Shown: positions 10,172 through 23,646 of the stretch, in pieces
Layout: every line of letters begins with the position of its first letter
How positions within the stretch are numbered: position 1 is the first letter of the stretch
Origin: Klebsormidium nitens
Taxonomy: Eukaryota > Plantae > Klebsormidiophyceae
Length of the DNA: 64,000 nucleotides
Assembly (NCBI GenBank): GCA_000708835.1
Contig: DF237039.1
Location: 62,001 to 126,000, forward strand
Reading direction: 5' to 3'
Position numbers and translations under genes: made by a program
Notes under the pieces: generated by a model
Databases searched by the model: none
What the model was told of the DNA's origin: nothing
What the model saw: only the letters and a program-made list of their open reading frames with translations

Positions 10172-13100
10172 ATGGCGCCCAATGCGCTAGATCCCCTGAC
10201 GACAGACTCCCTGGGTGAGCACGCTGGGTGTGGGTCTTCCTGCCAAGGCTGTCATGCTTCTTGATTCCATGAAAGATCTGGTATCGGAGCGTCAGTGTGC
10301 TTTCGTTTGCGATTGGCAATTCTTGACTGTTTTTCAGATGGAAGATTGTGGCGGGCAATTTGTGGTTGGCACTAAACTTTGAATCTTCTTATGGTTTTCT
10401 GCCTTTGAAGAGCAGAAACTGTGACTTCATCTGGCATTTTGAGCAACTTTGTCTTGGTGGGTCCCTGTAAACATCGAGTGTCTTAGGCCAACTTTTGCGT
10501 TGGGCTAATTAGCACTGTTCTTTTCATGCCTGCTCAAGATGTTCAAATATGATGGCAATAAAATGGTTCAGATCTAGGTGCCACTGCTCTTCTGCAAAGG
10601 AGCAGGGCACTTCTTGGCAGTTTAGTGGGTCATCCTTGAAGGATGGGTTGTGCTTGGTGGAACCAATGCTGTACTTGAGTCCGCATAATGTTTGGCTCAA
10701 CTTTCATTGCACGGAGGTGAAATGATGAGTAGCTCCTCGGTCATAAACATCATCCCCAAGTTGACATGCCAGCAGTTTTCTTGATTGATCCAATCTAAGC
10801 AGTTGTTACTCCTGGGCTGCCAATCCGTGTAAGAGCCTCCTTCTGTCCTGGTTTAGCTCGGAGCATTGCCCCTTCATGAAAGGTTTACAAATATAGCCAA
10901 AGGCATGGTTGCTGTCATGTTGAGCTGTCTTCTTTCATTTTATCTTTTGCACTCTAAATTGCGAGTTTGGTCCTTTAATCCTGTGTGGATTACGGAGCCC
11001 CCAATCACGCATCAAGTCTGACCTGCAATACGATCTGAGGGATGCAAGGATACAGGGAAGGAAGACTCTCTTGTGAGCATTCTAGATATGATGGAAAAAA
11101 GTAGACGGATTTCCATTCTTCTTGAGCAAGTCACAAGCATCCTGGACCGATTCAAGTGTTACACAGAGGCAGGTTTGTGCTGCAGCTTCCACGTTGTTTC
11201 TGCGCGGAATTGGAAGGGCACTTTTCATTGCAATCAGTTAAAGGAAGCTGAATTATTGAACAGACCCATCGGGCAGTTTGATGCAATCCATGTTGTTGAT
11301 TTGATGAGGTGTTCATCCAGGTTTCGGGTCTTTGGCAACTTGTGAAGGCACCCCAAAGCAAGTCCAAAAGTTTTGTCAAGCGAGTTGAAATTTCAAAAAA
11401 GACCCACCTTGTCAAAGCTACCCAGACAACATAGACATTTCCTCATCCCCCGTATTCCCATGTTCCTCTACCTCCCCCTTCTCCCACTTCTCTCATTGAG
11501 TTTCATACGCGATTCGTTGCTGCCTTGTGCCTTCAGACCAGTCCAGACCCTCACGTTCCAAGCAAACCGGCAATCTCACCATTTCTCTGTGTCCTCCTGT
11601 CAGCACTCTCAGGCATGTCCATTCACTATCAACTGCCTTCCGAAGACCCCAAACCCGCATCTCCCATTCAATGCCTTTTCCTCCGCACAGTTCCCCCTAA
11701 CCCACTTCTGCTTTCCTTCTCCAGCAGCTCTCAAGCGCGACCGTGCGCTGCCAGGTGTCACCCCCACAGCAATCGTTGTGGGCGCCGGGGTTGCCGGCCT
11801 GGCTGCGGCTAAGGCCCTCCAGGCAGAGTCCTTCAAAGTGGTCGTGCTCGAGTCCCGAGACAGGGTCGGGGGGCGCGTTCACACCGACTACAGCTTCGGC
11901 GTACCAGTGGATATGGGCGCCTCATGGTAAGGAGCCGTTTTTGAGTCTTCAGTTTTCGTCTTTTCTGTTCCTGTCTGTTTTGGATGTTTCACCCCATGTT
12001 AGACTGTTAAGGTTAGTCTGCAGAGCAGCACAGGCCTTAGAAGGAGAGTAACGAGGGGCCGCTAGCATGATCTTCTCTCAAAGCCATCTTGTCTCGATGG
12101 CTTATTTCGTTTTAGAGTAGACGCTTAGCAATGCTCTTAAGGCGACTAGAAGCATGGGTCTCCTAGACGCAGGCCACATGGGTCTCCGCCGTCGCACAGC
12201 TGCACCATTTAACTTGGCACCCAATCAAAGGGTCCCCATACTTAAGCTTCCACCTGCTCTCATCCTTGTTCCGACTATTTGACAATATTCTTGCCCTGCA
12301 AGCTGAAGCCGTTTGCCAATTATCAAAGACTGACGTGGTGTCCATTTTGGTCCAGGCTGCACGGCGTTGCGGACGTCAACCCCCTGTCCACGCTCGTCCG
12401 AATCTTGCAGCTGCCGCTGTACCGGACGAGCGGGGACAATTCGGTGCTGTTCGATCACGACCTCGAGAGGTGAGCTTCCATCTTTCGACGAAATTTGTGC
12501 AAACGGTTTCAATTTTACGGTTTTTTATTTTATGAAAAAGACTGACGTCGGTATTTTAGCGTCATGGTGCGCAAGTTTGCATATTATCTGACAGTGGTCT
12601 TCCTTTTTTCGAAGAAGGCATACGTTGCGGGGTCGATGCAATGAATGACGCAATGAGACGGAGATCGATTGCTTGGTTGCTAGGTGGCTTTGTCAGATAT
12701 GCAACTCCGTGCACCAAAGACCAGCCGCCTTGTCCTGCGAGTTGGTTAGAAGTTACGGTCCGCAGAATGCTTCGCAATTGCAACGTCTATCTAAAACTCT
12801 GCTCGTTTAGCGCTATGCAATTGGTTCCATTTGAAGCAATTGGCTTCAGCTACTCAGTTTTGGCGGCCTCCTTCAAATCGCATGTGCCGCTCCACTTGTG
12901 CTCTTGCTTTTCAAGTAGAGAAATTTCGAATTTTCACTGCAAAGAAGGCCAGCTCTTACGAAACGTTCACTGCAGCTACCGCCTCTACGACGACGGCAAG
13001 TCGGTTGACCCCGACCTAGTTGCAGCTGTGGGGGAGGTCTTTGAAGAGATGCTGAAAGAGGTGGGCATTTTCGCTCTTATCCCTCGTGTTCTTTCACCTT

Positions 13101-15905
13101 GTTGAATCAAAGGCTCTTGTTCTTTCAATCCACCTGTCAACTGACTGTGCAATTTGATAACCTACTTTCGCACTTCCTGGTTGACTTTGATCAATCAACC
13201 CCCCCTTTTTCGCAGACCAAAGCAATCCGCAGCGAGCTCCCCCCCACCGAAGACATGCCCATGGAGCTCGCCCTCCAGTCAGCCCTAACCCGCCGCCCCG
13301 AGTTAGTGCTAACCGGGGTCGCTAACCGGGTCCTTCAGTGGTACATCTGCCGCATGGAGGGCTGGTTTGCGGCCGACCTGGTTAACCTGTCGTTACGAAA
13401 CTGGGACCAGGAAGATCTTCTCGAGGGGGGTCACGGGCTGATGGTCCGCGGATACGCTCCGGTGGTTGGCGCGCTCGCCAGCGATCTGGACGTGCGCCTG
13501 CGCCACAGGTGAGAACGCGGACAGTCCAAGCAGACGTTTGGACGGGTTTGCCCGTGGTTTGCCTGTGATCTTGGACAGGTTTGACCACTGTATAGATGAG
13601 AGTGGGTGGACGGGTTTGGTTATGGTTTGGACGTTTGTCCAAGTCCGGGAAGGTTGGCCTGGTCCCCAGACATTCTGCCGTGTGTCAGACGGGTTCGGCT
13701 GTGGTTCGTAAGGGGTTGGCTCGGTTGTAGACGATACCTGTACATCCCCATAGCTCTCACTGTTCGAGCTACACGTATAATTTTGAAACACGGTCATCCC
13801 GCAAGTGTTACGTTGTGCCGTTTCTAGTATCTCAAAAGATGGAGTATCTTCATTCGCATAGTAGACTACATTCGTCACGAAAACACGGTAACCTCAAAGA
13901 TTTATATCTCCCGTATCTCAAAGGTACATTTATTCCCCATTTGTAGAGTGAGCCACAATTTTGCAGGCAGCACGTTCAAGCGCCACGTGTCAAGTCTTGC
14001 TGCTCCCCGGTACGTCAAACGTTTCATATCTATATATCCAGAGCGAGCCACATACTTCACGCCATGTGTCAAGTCTTGCCGCTCTCAACATCTCAAAGGT
14101 GCAATTTCTCCATCATGTGCAGAGTCAGCCACATCCGTCACGGCACTTCGGGCGTCCAAGTCACATGCGAAAACGGCGCGGTGTTCCGGGCAGACGCGCT
14201 AGTCATGGCGGCGCCGCTGGGCGTGCTCAAAACCGGAACCATTCAGTTTACGCCCAAGCTGCCCGAGTGGAAGCAGTCCGCGATCGACGGTCTGGGAGTG
14301 GGCCATGAGAACAAGGTGCGGCAGAACTTCCTTTATCTTTTCTTCTTATGCTTACCGCTGTTAGTGTCGAACTGACCATTGTTTCCGGATGTTTAGAGTT
14401 TGGTCTCGGTCTTGGTCTCGGTCTTGGTCTCGGTCTCGGTCGGTCTTTGGCCGTCCGATCGATCTTGGAAAAACGCATTGGACAGGCCGTCCGATCGATC
14501 TTGGAAAAACGCATTGGACAGGCCAAGATTGTGGACAAAAATCAGAGGATTGAAACGGGATGGGCAACTTTGACGCAACCAGCCGGGGATGCTACTTGCA
14601 ACCAATACTTGATGGGAGGATGGGGGTCCCAGGAGCCCTTTACAGAGGTACTGTCGTGCCAGTTGTTTTATTCTGTTGTCACCTTTCAATTGATGTCAAA
14701 AGGGCAGAGCCTCCAAACAAGAAGATATGTGAAGAAGGTGGAATGTATGTGGAAGCTCGTTTTCTTCCAAACGGCAGTATCGGCCTTTGAGCCTCCAACT
14801 TTCTGAAGAAAGAAAACGTACCAGAAAAGGCGCGCTCAACTCGATGGGAACCGGGCGCCTCTTCAATGTCCGTCCACACCAAACACTGCCCGGCCCCGCT
14901 TTGTCCAATCCCCCACTCATTTCTTTTTGTGGGGCGACCTCTGAGCGTTTTTCCTCCCCTTGCAGGTCGCCTTCCTCTTTGAGTACTCGTTCTGGCCCAA
15001 CGTCGACTTTCTGGGCGCTGTTGACGACACCTCCTACGGCTGCAGCTACTTCCTGAACCTGCATAAGGCGACGGGGAACCCCGTGCTCGTATATATGCCG
15101 GCGGGCAGCCTATCGACCGACCTGGACAAGATGGCGGACGATGACGTCATCGAGTTTGCGTTGAAAGAGCTGCGGAGCATCCTGCCGCACGCGGCCGCAG
15201 TCAAGCCGGTGGGTGGTGCACTTGAATCAACCTTTATTCTCGTCATTGCCGTAATCGTGCTTAGGTAACAGTGGTCGGATCGCCCCTGACAGTGGTTCGC
15301 AGATGCCATCAGTGCCTTCACGAGTTTGTCGATACTTGCACTGGCAGACCGTTCTGAGATCGGTCAGGGTCGGGGAGTGACGTTCCGTTCCTTGTTTGCT
15401 AACACTGTTTGGTCCAACCCTTGGTGTTCTCCTGTCCGGTGAAGCTGCTTCACCCCTCTCGTTTGCCGAAGCTTTGCTCCACCTTTGGGTGTTCTGCCCT
15501 TCAGCCAAGCTGTCTTAACCAAGGTTCAACCCGGCCTTCCAGCAATGAATCGCCTCGCAAACGTCACTTCTCGTTTCGTCTGTGCAGCTGAAAGCCATTT
15601 TGAGCCACTGGGGCAAAGACCCCAACACCCTGGGCGCCTACTCATACGAGATCGTCGGCTCTAACATGGAGATTTACGACCGCCTGGCGAAGTCCACCGG
15701 GCGCCTTTTCTTTGCGGGCGAGGCCACCAGTCGGTCTTTCCCGGGCACTGTCCACGGGGCATATGCCTCGGGAACTAGAGCGGCCGGAGAAATCACCCGG
15801 GCGTATGTGGAGAAGCTGGAGCACTGCACGGGAGTGGTCGGGGGGGAGGCCGGGGAAGGGGCGGAGGAGGTTGAGCTTTTGCCGCTGCAGATCTCAAGGC
15901 TGTAA
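10172..15905 (+). CDS. PAO: Polyamine oxidase, plant PAO2/3/4 (peroxisomal) clade; exons 10172-10214, 11725-11926, 12356-12469, 12976-13060, 13216-13508, 14123-14315, 14966-15208, 15588-15905; about 496 aa
   Basis: FAD-binding [13 protein letters not shown]...[96 protein letters not shown]...VHGAY; C-terminal PTS1 SRL; exon sum 1491 nt in frame. The short first exon is the least certain part. Confidence 0.95.
13826..14146 (+). repeat. Degenerate 80-95 bp tandem copies of the PAO exon-6 acceptor region
   Basis: Real atctcaaagg...gtgcag|agtcagccacatccgtcacg (AG ends 14122); copies ccag|agcgagccacatacttcacg (14041), atctcaaagg...gtag|agtgagccaca (13946), atctcaaaag...atag|tagactacattcgtcacg (13861). 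Confidence 0.7.
14402..14524 (+). repeat. (GGTCTY)n hexamer microsatellite followed by a perfect 36-bp tandem duplication, intronic in PAO
   Basis: ggtctcggtcttggtctc... 14402-14446; ggccgtccgatcgatcttggaaaaacgcattggaca at 14449-14484 and 14485-14520. Confidence 0.95.
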
Positions 15906-16950
15906 TCAGTCTCGTGATGTCTCTTCGTATCGACTTTAGTGGTTGTATAGTCTCGCAACCTCTTTTCCTAGGCGGTTGTTGAAGGATGGTATATCCGGTC
16001 ATAGATCGCTCACAGTGTCGTGCACGTGGTGCCTAGCGGGTAGGCCAGTTATTTGCGAGTATTAGAAGCGTGACAGGAAGTCAAGGGTAAGTTCAAGGTG
16101 TGTCCAGTCACTTAAAAGTTTTACAGGTTTAAGCGTGATGGGAAGTCAAGGGCACCCATCCGAATAGAGACGCTTAGCGACAGTTTGGTAGACAAGGAAA
16201 GGAGACGCCCGAACGACGCCTGACCCCTGGAAGCAGACCGCCATTTGTCACTGACGGAGTGGATACGCGTGCCAGTGGCTTGAGTCCTACGTGGTCGCAA
16301 TCGTTTCATGTGGGCGCTGCATCTCTTGCTACGCACTAGTGAAACATGCCCATGTGCTCGCGCTGCAGCGGTGCCGGCTATCCATCATAGTCAGCCGGCC
16401 GTCGTTAATTGATGCAACCTTCTCTATTTTGGGGGGCGGCCGGCCCATGTTCTGCACAGTATCAACCCAATAGTTGTACGTCTCGAATGCACTTCTGATC
16501 GTATCATTTTGATCACCACCGTCATGTGCACTATGTCACTAAGTACAGCACTCACATGCATGTGCGCAGCGTACTATGCATCATGTACGTGCCAAACATG
16601 GCAATTGCAGGTCCAAATTAATCCTAGATTCACGTTGCCAATCGACACATATTGTGCTCTGAGGCGCCTTGTGCCATGCGATTCAAGTGAGGCGTCCATT
16701 GATGCACGTTGGAATATACATGACCATGTTGCAATAAACGATGAAAAGGACGTGCATAAGCTTTGCGTACCTAACTTGGTTTTCTGCCCAGGCAAGCCGT
16801 TCTCACAGCCAATTCAGATGTCACGCCTAGCTAGGTGTATGCGTGCATATGGACCATTTGGGAACCTCAAACGCACTTGGGTTGGACCGGCCGCTTGCAT
16901 CTGATCTGAATGTTGAGAAAGCGCCTGCCTTAAGGGACCTTGGTCACTGA

Positions 16951-17072
16951 TCTACGCAAACGCTCTGGTATCTATCATTGCCTCTTGCAGAAATATTGTA
17001 CGCAAACGCTCTGGTATCTACGCCTCTTGCAGAAATATTCTACGCAAACGCTCTGGTATCTGTGTCTCTTGC
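16951..17072 (+). repeat. Three-copy 42-46 bp tandem repeat, intergenic
   Basis: tacgcaaacgctctggtatct at 16953, 16999 and 17041, each followed by ...ctcttgc. Confidence 0.9.
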
Positions 17073-17614
17073 TACTACTAATGAAGCATTTCAGATTGGA
17101 CGCTCTCCAAGAAGCGAGTTAGAATCTCTCAGGCTATGACTAAAACGCCGCACTAAGACGTTCTTTCAGATCTTGCATTTAATGCACGTTGAATGCAGCC
17201 CACACTCTAACTTTCACCAATTGGATCTCTCTTGAAGGTGCACCCGACTCTGGCCCCGCGCAAGCGCAGCGAGCCCTCTGCAGCGGACAGCGTTACCTTT
17301 ATATTGTGCCGTAGCTACTGAAGGACCAAACGCCTATTCTCTCCCCAATTACACAATCGCCACGCAAAGTGGGCATTCACTCCATTTAGTAACTGAAACA
17401 CAAGCGATCGCGTGCATGTCTACCTCGTGATTGTTCGATAACCGTCGTGCTCTGTAGCTTTTCTTGTCTAGTTTCTACACAGTCCTACTCTGCTTGTGCT
17501 GTCTAGCTGCGAGTCCCAATGATAGGGACCCGCAAGAGTTGGCTCCATACCAGGGGCGGAACCGTTTGCGTTACACCTTCAACGGCCAGGATCAAGCGCC
17601 ATCGCTGCAATACC

Positions 17615-20600
17615 TTACGTCGTGCAACGGCACTTCTCGGGGTCTCTATGCTCCACCGGAATCTCATGCCACTCGGAAATTGTAAGGTTGGGCGTAAAAG
17701 CGTACTTAGTTGACAAGTGGTGCAGATTGAGGGCGGTCCAACATAGGAGATCTTCTTGCCGGAGCCGTGTGAAAGCGACCACTTGAGCGGCGCGTGCGAC
17801 GCACCGCATCTCGGAGTCGTGTTTCTTTGCCGCCTCGACTTTCTCGACGAGATCGTCGGGCCACTCCCCAATCATTAGTATGTTCTTGCCAGGCTCCAAC
17901 AGGTAGTGCCAGAATCTGCAGAAAGGTTGGGATCGCTTCTCGTCAAACAGTTCTTCTCTCGGTTTTGATTGTCTCATACGACCGATTCAGGCGTATCCAT
18001 CAGCCATCGCTCGAAGCTCGTATATTTCCCGAGATTCAACGCGACTTCGGGTTTGTTGTATATGAGTAAAGTCAGCTTAACAAACAGCCTCGTTCAATTT
18101 GGTCCTACAACGGCAAAAATATTCCCAATGTTCAAATTGGTTATTACGAAGGAACGGCTGGCTTCGATGGCTTCAATGGCTGGCTTCGAAATCGAGGCGC
18201 ATTTGAAGCGACCAAAAAGTGTTGATCTATTCACCCATTGATACGAGTGGTCTGAGATTGACACTATCCGTTGACAGCGCCAGGCATCGCTTATTGTTCA
18301 ATTACAATCGTGAGTCGTGGAAGCAGGAGGGGACAAGAAGGATATCCTAGTCGCAGTCGAACAGACGACGAAAAAAGCACCAATTACCGAAGGTTCAGCC
18401 CGAAAAACGACCGAGACATCGAATCGGAGAACCCAAGCTAGACCAGGACTTCATAGGGGAACTCTGGTACAGCTGGTTCGACAGCACTCCACGAAAACGA
18501 GAGTCGATTCCGGGCCAGCCATTCCTTCTGCTAGTTTGCAGACCGACACGTGACTTCTGGCCCGCTCCCTCGCCGCATCAACACTTGAAAGATACCAGTT
18601 TATTTGCCATATTGTTTAGGCAGCAAATAAATGTTTGTCGAGAAGGAGCGGAAACCGTTCAAAAGTCTCCCTTTCATTCAAAGGCTCTGGCCACTTGTTG
18701 CGTCTTCCTCGGCAGCGCTGAGACAGGTTCTGAGGCGTGAGGACCGACGCTTGTTTCCGCTCTGATTACAATGGCCCCTCCGCCAGTCTCCGCCACGGAA
18801 CGCGTACGCGGAACGAGAAAACCTCAGAACGGCCTCCACCACGTGCCCACGACTCTCAAAGATTGAGCTTCAGCAACAGTCAAGACATTTCGTCCAAAGT
18901 AGAGATTCCGGAATCCGCAATCAGAAAGTGCAAATCTGCCAGAATGAACATAACCGGATATGCCTATTGGGAAGCTGGGAATTGCTACTGGGCAGCCTCG
19001 AAGTGCCGGTCCAACTGAGCTCATAAGGGAGTCGGATTACCATCGAAAACCCCTGCAAGGTTCACCTTCCCCAGTTGGATACTCGTGAAGTAAACTCCGG
19101 GCAAAACCGTTCAGGATCAGTACCTTGGGTTCGGCCTGAGGGCAGATAAGAGAAAACAACCGGGATTCTTCCTCATCTGTGCACGGGGCAAGAAAAGTAA
19201 CAGACCATAAAAAGGGAAAAGAATAGAATTGGACCTTACTCGTTCCAGGCTGTTAGGCTCTTGAGAGTGACCGCGCCATCCCCCAATCGGCTCCCTAATC
19301 GCCAAGCCGCCGAATTTCCCGGCAGGTCGATGACGTATTTCGCGGCACCCCTTTGATCCTGCTTGTACTCCTTTTGAACAACTCCCCGATCCAGCAACTC
19401 CTTGATGTACTCGGGGTGATCCTTGCCTTGGTCCTCGGAGACGGTGACACTAACGTCCAGGAGGTCAGGCCTGAAGATGGAGGAGCGAGATTAGTGTCAA
19501 GTTGTGAATGTCTGGTGCTCTGTGCCTTTCGATAAGCTCTGAGAGTGTCGCTCTGAGTGCGGCGCAACTCGCAAGACAGACTTGGGAACCGGGTTGTGCT
19601 GACACGCTTGTTGAAGAAAGCATGAACTGAAACTGACTCCACGTGACGAGCGGGCAATTCAAACAGCGAACCCTACTCTCGGTTTGAAACGGACAATTGA
19701 TGAGAACCCCACTGCATGTGATAAAATGGGCGAATTACGAGGGATAATCGACGATTTTGAGCGAGATTCTCCAGTGCCTGTGCTCCGATTAGAGGGGCCA
19801 TTTAAAATTAAAACCTGGAAGGACTGCACCAGCTTGTGCCGTCTTCTAAGTCGGCTATGGGAGCCCACGAAAGCTGAGGACGAACCGCCGAGCCAGTTCC
19901 CTTCTTATTTTTCATTTTCTCGAACCTCCCCACATTGTCCGTCCAATTTATCATTGACACGGCACTGAACCTAAAACAAAATGCCCAGAATGTCAAGATG
20001 ACGTACAACTCAGAATTTGTCGTCGCTTTTTAAAGAAGTCCTCGTGCTGGCCTCGACGGTATCTACTATTCCACGACAGTAAGGCAGGGTTGAAGGGCCC
20101 GTTTTCCACATACGAAACTCCAGCTCGCAAAGAAACAATCCTTCCATCATACTCCCACTAACGATCCAACCCCCACCGTAACTCCAAAAGTCATTCGACA
20201 ACACTGTCATCGGCGCCTCACCGTTCAAGAGCGATCTCTGCTGCGCGCAGGCGCGGGTTTATGAGGTGCGATCCGTAGGCTTGCGTTTGCGGCTGCCCCG
20301 TAAGATGCCCCACGAAGTACGCGACATCGCGGCGCTCCTCCCATGGCGTGGCGGTGGCGGCCGAAGTGACGTCATTCCCGTCAAACTTGTCCGTGATCAT
20401 GTTGAACACTGGAAACAGCAGGTCTGCAAGAATGTTTCAGGTGATGAGTAGGATTATGCGAACACTGGATATGATTTTTACGGAACGACCCTAGAAATTG
20501 AAGTGCCCGTTTACGTTGTCTGTGACTCTGTCATAATCTCGGGAATTGTGGGTCGCGAGAGTGCAGAGCTTTTGGCACCCACCGATTCAATTTCACTTGG

Positions 20601-22724
20601 CTCCTGGATAACGCAAGTTTTATCGAAGGTGACAGGAGTCGCTAGAAAAGGGAATACAGGTCCTGTCAAACAAAGAGAACTGAATCCCGTTTTGAACAAG
20701 AGGACTGAAGACGTGCAACGCATGACGAACGGCGAGTCTCTTGAACAATTTGAAAAACTTAAAGCTCGAAAGATTTGTCCGGTTGTGGATCTGGCATGAT
20801 TGGGAAGCTTGTCTAGGCAGTAGAGCACCCCAGTCTGAAAGTAGGGCTGCCGAGTTTGACCGGAGTTTCGGGTGCGGGTGCCCTATGAAAGGTAGCTGCT
20901 GAGCACGTCTTTCAACAACGGACTTGACGGACCTTAATCTCAGGCGCCAGAATGGTGCGTCACAGAAAAGTATTCCTGTGACGCATCCTCTTATTCGTAT
21001 CACTGCCACCAGTGCGTTGCCATTGAACCACTGGATTTTGAAGCCTGCCTTCGATCAGTCTAAGACTCCAGTTGGTAGGCTTTCAGAGGTGACTCCTTCT
21101 CTCAGGGGGCTCAAAAGAGGATGTCTCTAGTCTTCTCAAGTAGGTCACACTACTAGCAACTGGACAACGATGCGTAATGGCACTCGCAACAGATCAGACA
21201 CGCGTGCGTCGCAGGCAAGAAACATCCAGGAGGTATCAGAAAGGATAAAAAAATACATGTGGGAGTGCGTTAAATAACACAGCACTGCCGGTTGACTGGT
21301 TTCATGAGACTGACAAGGGGTTTGTTGAGATGGTTGTTCAACCACAGGAAAATCCAAACTGACATGAGGAGCCAAAATACGAGTGTGCGGCACTGCACCG
21401 GATCTCAGTAGTCACCGCTGAAAGCTTCAAGGGGCCTATCGAATACCAGGACTTCTTTCAGCTAGCTCCACCCTGACGACCTAAACATAAAACGATAGAT
21501 CACCAACTTAAGCAAAGTTTCTTAATCTACCTTTCAACCATGTTTTTGTTCACCCATTAACCATGCTTTGATGACCGAAATCATGCTTAAAGATTCCCCC
21601 AGTGCCGCTCAGCTGTACATATCCAACAAAGGAAAGAAGCACATAACACTGCAGCCATACGTCAATGAATGGACTGACCACTCTTCTTACCCCCCAAAGC
21701 AAGGCTGGGGAAGAAGAAGCACACATCAGTTGAAGCTAAACCAACGTGCACTCCTTCTTATTCCAGTAAAGTTGACAGCAGACAGGAGATCCACTGGTTT
21801 CTGAATGGGGCACTTAACGCAAGATGGTCAGAGCTAACCCTCACCTGCAAACCATTCGGCCGACGACGGAGAGAATATGGGCTGCATTGCGTAATGGTGC
21901 AGCATCGGGTTGTCCGCCTGGTTCCAGAAGAAGAGCATGTCGGGAATCCTGGTCTTGCGCAAGATCGCCTGGATCAATCTTATCTGCGGGTCCAAGCCAA
22001 CAAACCAAAACCCCTCAGTGGGCAGGGGGCAATTTTGCCCGTCCTGTAATTTGCAGTACAGCTTGTTGTTGATGATCGCAAACTGGAGGATGTAAGAGTG
22101 TGTGGAGAGCTGGACGTCAATCGGGTACGCCAGCATCTCGCGCGTGATTGACCCGGGCCGCCAGCGCGCCATCATTTCCCGCACGTGCTCCCCCATCTCC
22201 GCCGTGCATTCGTAGCGGTCCAAAAACTGGGCGAACCCTGTTGGGCAGTAGCAGTCAGAGGGGTGCAGCGCAAACTCTGACACCGGCTCATTTGACACCA
22301 GCAGCTTGTACGCGCCTGAGTGCTGGGCCTCAAACTTGTACGCGGTGTTATTGAGCAGCTGCAGAGTGCCCACTTTCTCCAGCGGAACGGGCGTCCCATC
22401 AGGCCCCAAAAGAGTGACGTCAGCAGCAGTTTCATGAAGCGCTAGCCACTGGGAGTCCAGAGGCGCTGACTTTGTTCTGAGGTGACCTCGCCAGTCCCTG
22501 GCGCATCCCGCCACATATTCCGCATCTGACCTTGCATAGACCTTTGTTCCTTGGACTGTGGGTGTTTCAGGGGGGGTACAGGTCAGCCCTCGCCGGAAAA
22601 GGAAAGAGCACTGTGCAGCAGAATACAAAGTGATGATGAGAACAACAACAACAAGGAACAAGCATGCTACAAGCAGAGATGCATATGGCCGTGGCTTGGC
22701 GGGATAGCCGGATGTAAAAGCCAT
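17615..22724 (-). CDS. Glycosyltransferase family 90 (CAP10 domain), POGLUT2/3(KDELC)-like, type II membrane protein; exons 22724-21845, 20423-20222, 19470-19240, 17915-17615; about 537 aa
   Basis: N-terminal hydrophobic segment LLVACLFLVVVVLIITLY; DCYCP, FAIINNKLY, ILRKTRIPDMLFFWN, PIFS, PWEERRDVAYF, KYVIDLPGNSAAWRL, EFWHYLLEP, DDLVEKVEAAKKHDSEMRCVARAAQ, DLLCW and terminal CRC follow the recalled KDELC1 layout; exon sum 1614 nt in frame. Confidence 0.85.
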
Positions 22725-23136
22725 GCGTGCGCCCTTTGCCTGAAGCAGCTCTACATACTTAGAAAGGGGGACAGCCGTGAAGGGCTTGAGGTTTGAGAAT
22801 CCAAACCTCCTAAGTTTTGAGAAAGAGAATGGCGGACTTGTGCTGAGCTACTCTGCGTCACTCAGCACTGTCACCATATAGGTAATCGTGCCAGGCTTGA
22901 CCATTAAACGGTTGCAACTTGCTCGAGGACAGCGACTGTCAGACTCACAGTCACTGTCACTGTCAGGTGAGATTGCAATCCTGCGCGAGAACTTAGGTAC
23001 CTACCCTGAACCGGGTATCCTACCTGGGTAATACCGCACGGCGCACTGGTACAGTGGCACCCCCCTGTCTCCTGTTAGCGGCGTGTCCCGACTTCCCTAC
23101 CTAGATTTGAAAGGCCCCGGGCACCTCAACTATAAG

Positions 23137-23646
23137 CCCTAACCCGAAGTACTTTACGCGCTCCGCACGTCTCTCCACCCTAACCAGGATACCAACCTTA
23201 CCCGTCTCCGGGCTGTGTACTTACAGAGCGAAGCCCCATCGAAGATAATCAGGGGCCGGGTTGCCAACAATTTGGCCATATGTACCCGAGCCTGGACGGC
23301 CTGGAGGTAATACCCCGCACGTGTCTGGCGGAGTCGGAAGTCCTTTCGATCTCAGATCAGGTTGAGATAGGTCAGTGCCCGGCGTTTTGTTTGGGGTTGG
23401 TTTGGAGGTTAGGGTGGGTAGGGTTGCAACTTGCGGAGCGCGAATTCAGCTTCTAGGGCTTCCAACTTTTGTACTTCCTAATACCAGTCCCGGTTCTCGA
23501 TGTAACTCAGCCAACGAATTATCGTATTCTTTCGTGATTCTCAACCGGGCCCCGGGACGGCCACCCAATACTGATTCCCACTTGCGGAATTAGTCGAAAC
23601 CCTAACCCACACCCTAACTGGAAGGCCCCACCCACCCTTAAACCCC
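23137..23646. repeat. Scattered telomere-like / telo-box motifs (CCCTAA, AAACCCTA) in the GT90-PH1 divergent region
   Basis: ccctaaccc 23137, ccctaacc 23178, ggttaggg 23407, aaaccctaaccc 23597, accctaac 23611, cccttaaacccc 23635. Confidence 0.55.

Noticed and set aside
10300-11420. Transposase remnant or nested gene in the 1.5-kb PAO intron 1
   Set aside because: Only short ORFs without DDE, RT or other recognisable motifs, and no terminal repeats seen.
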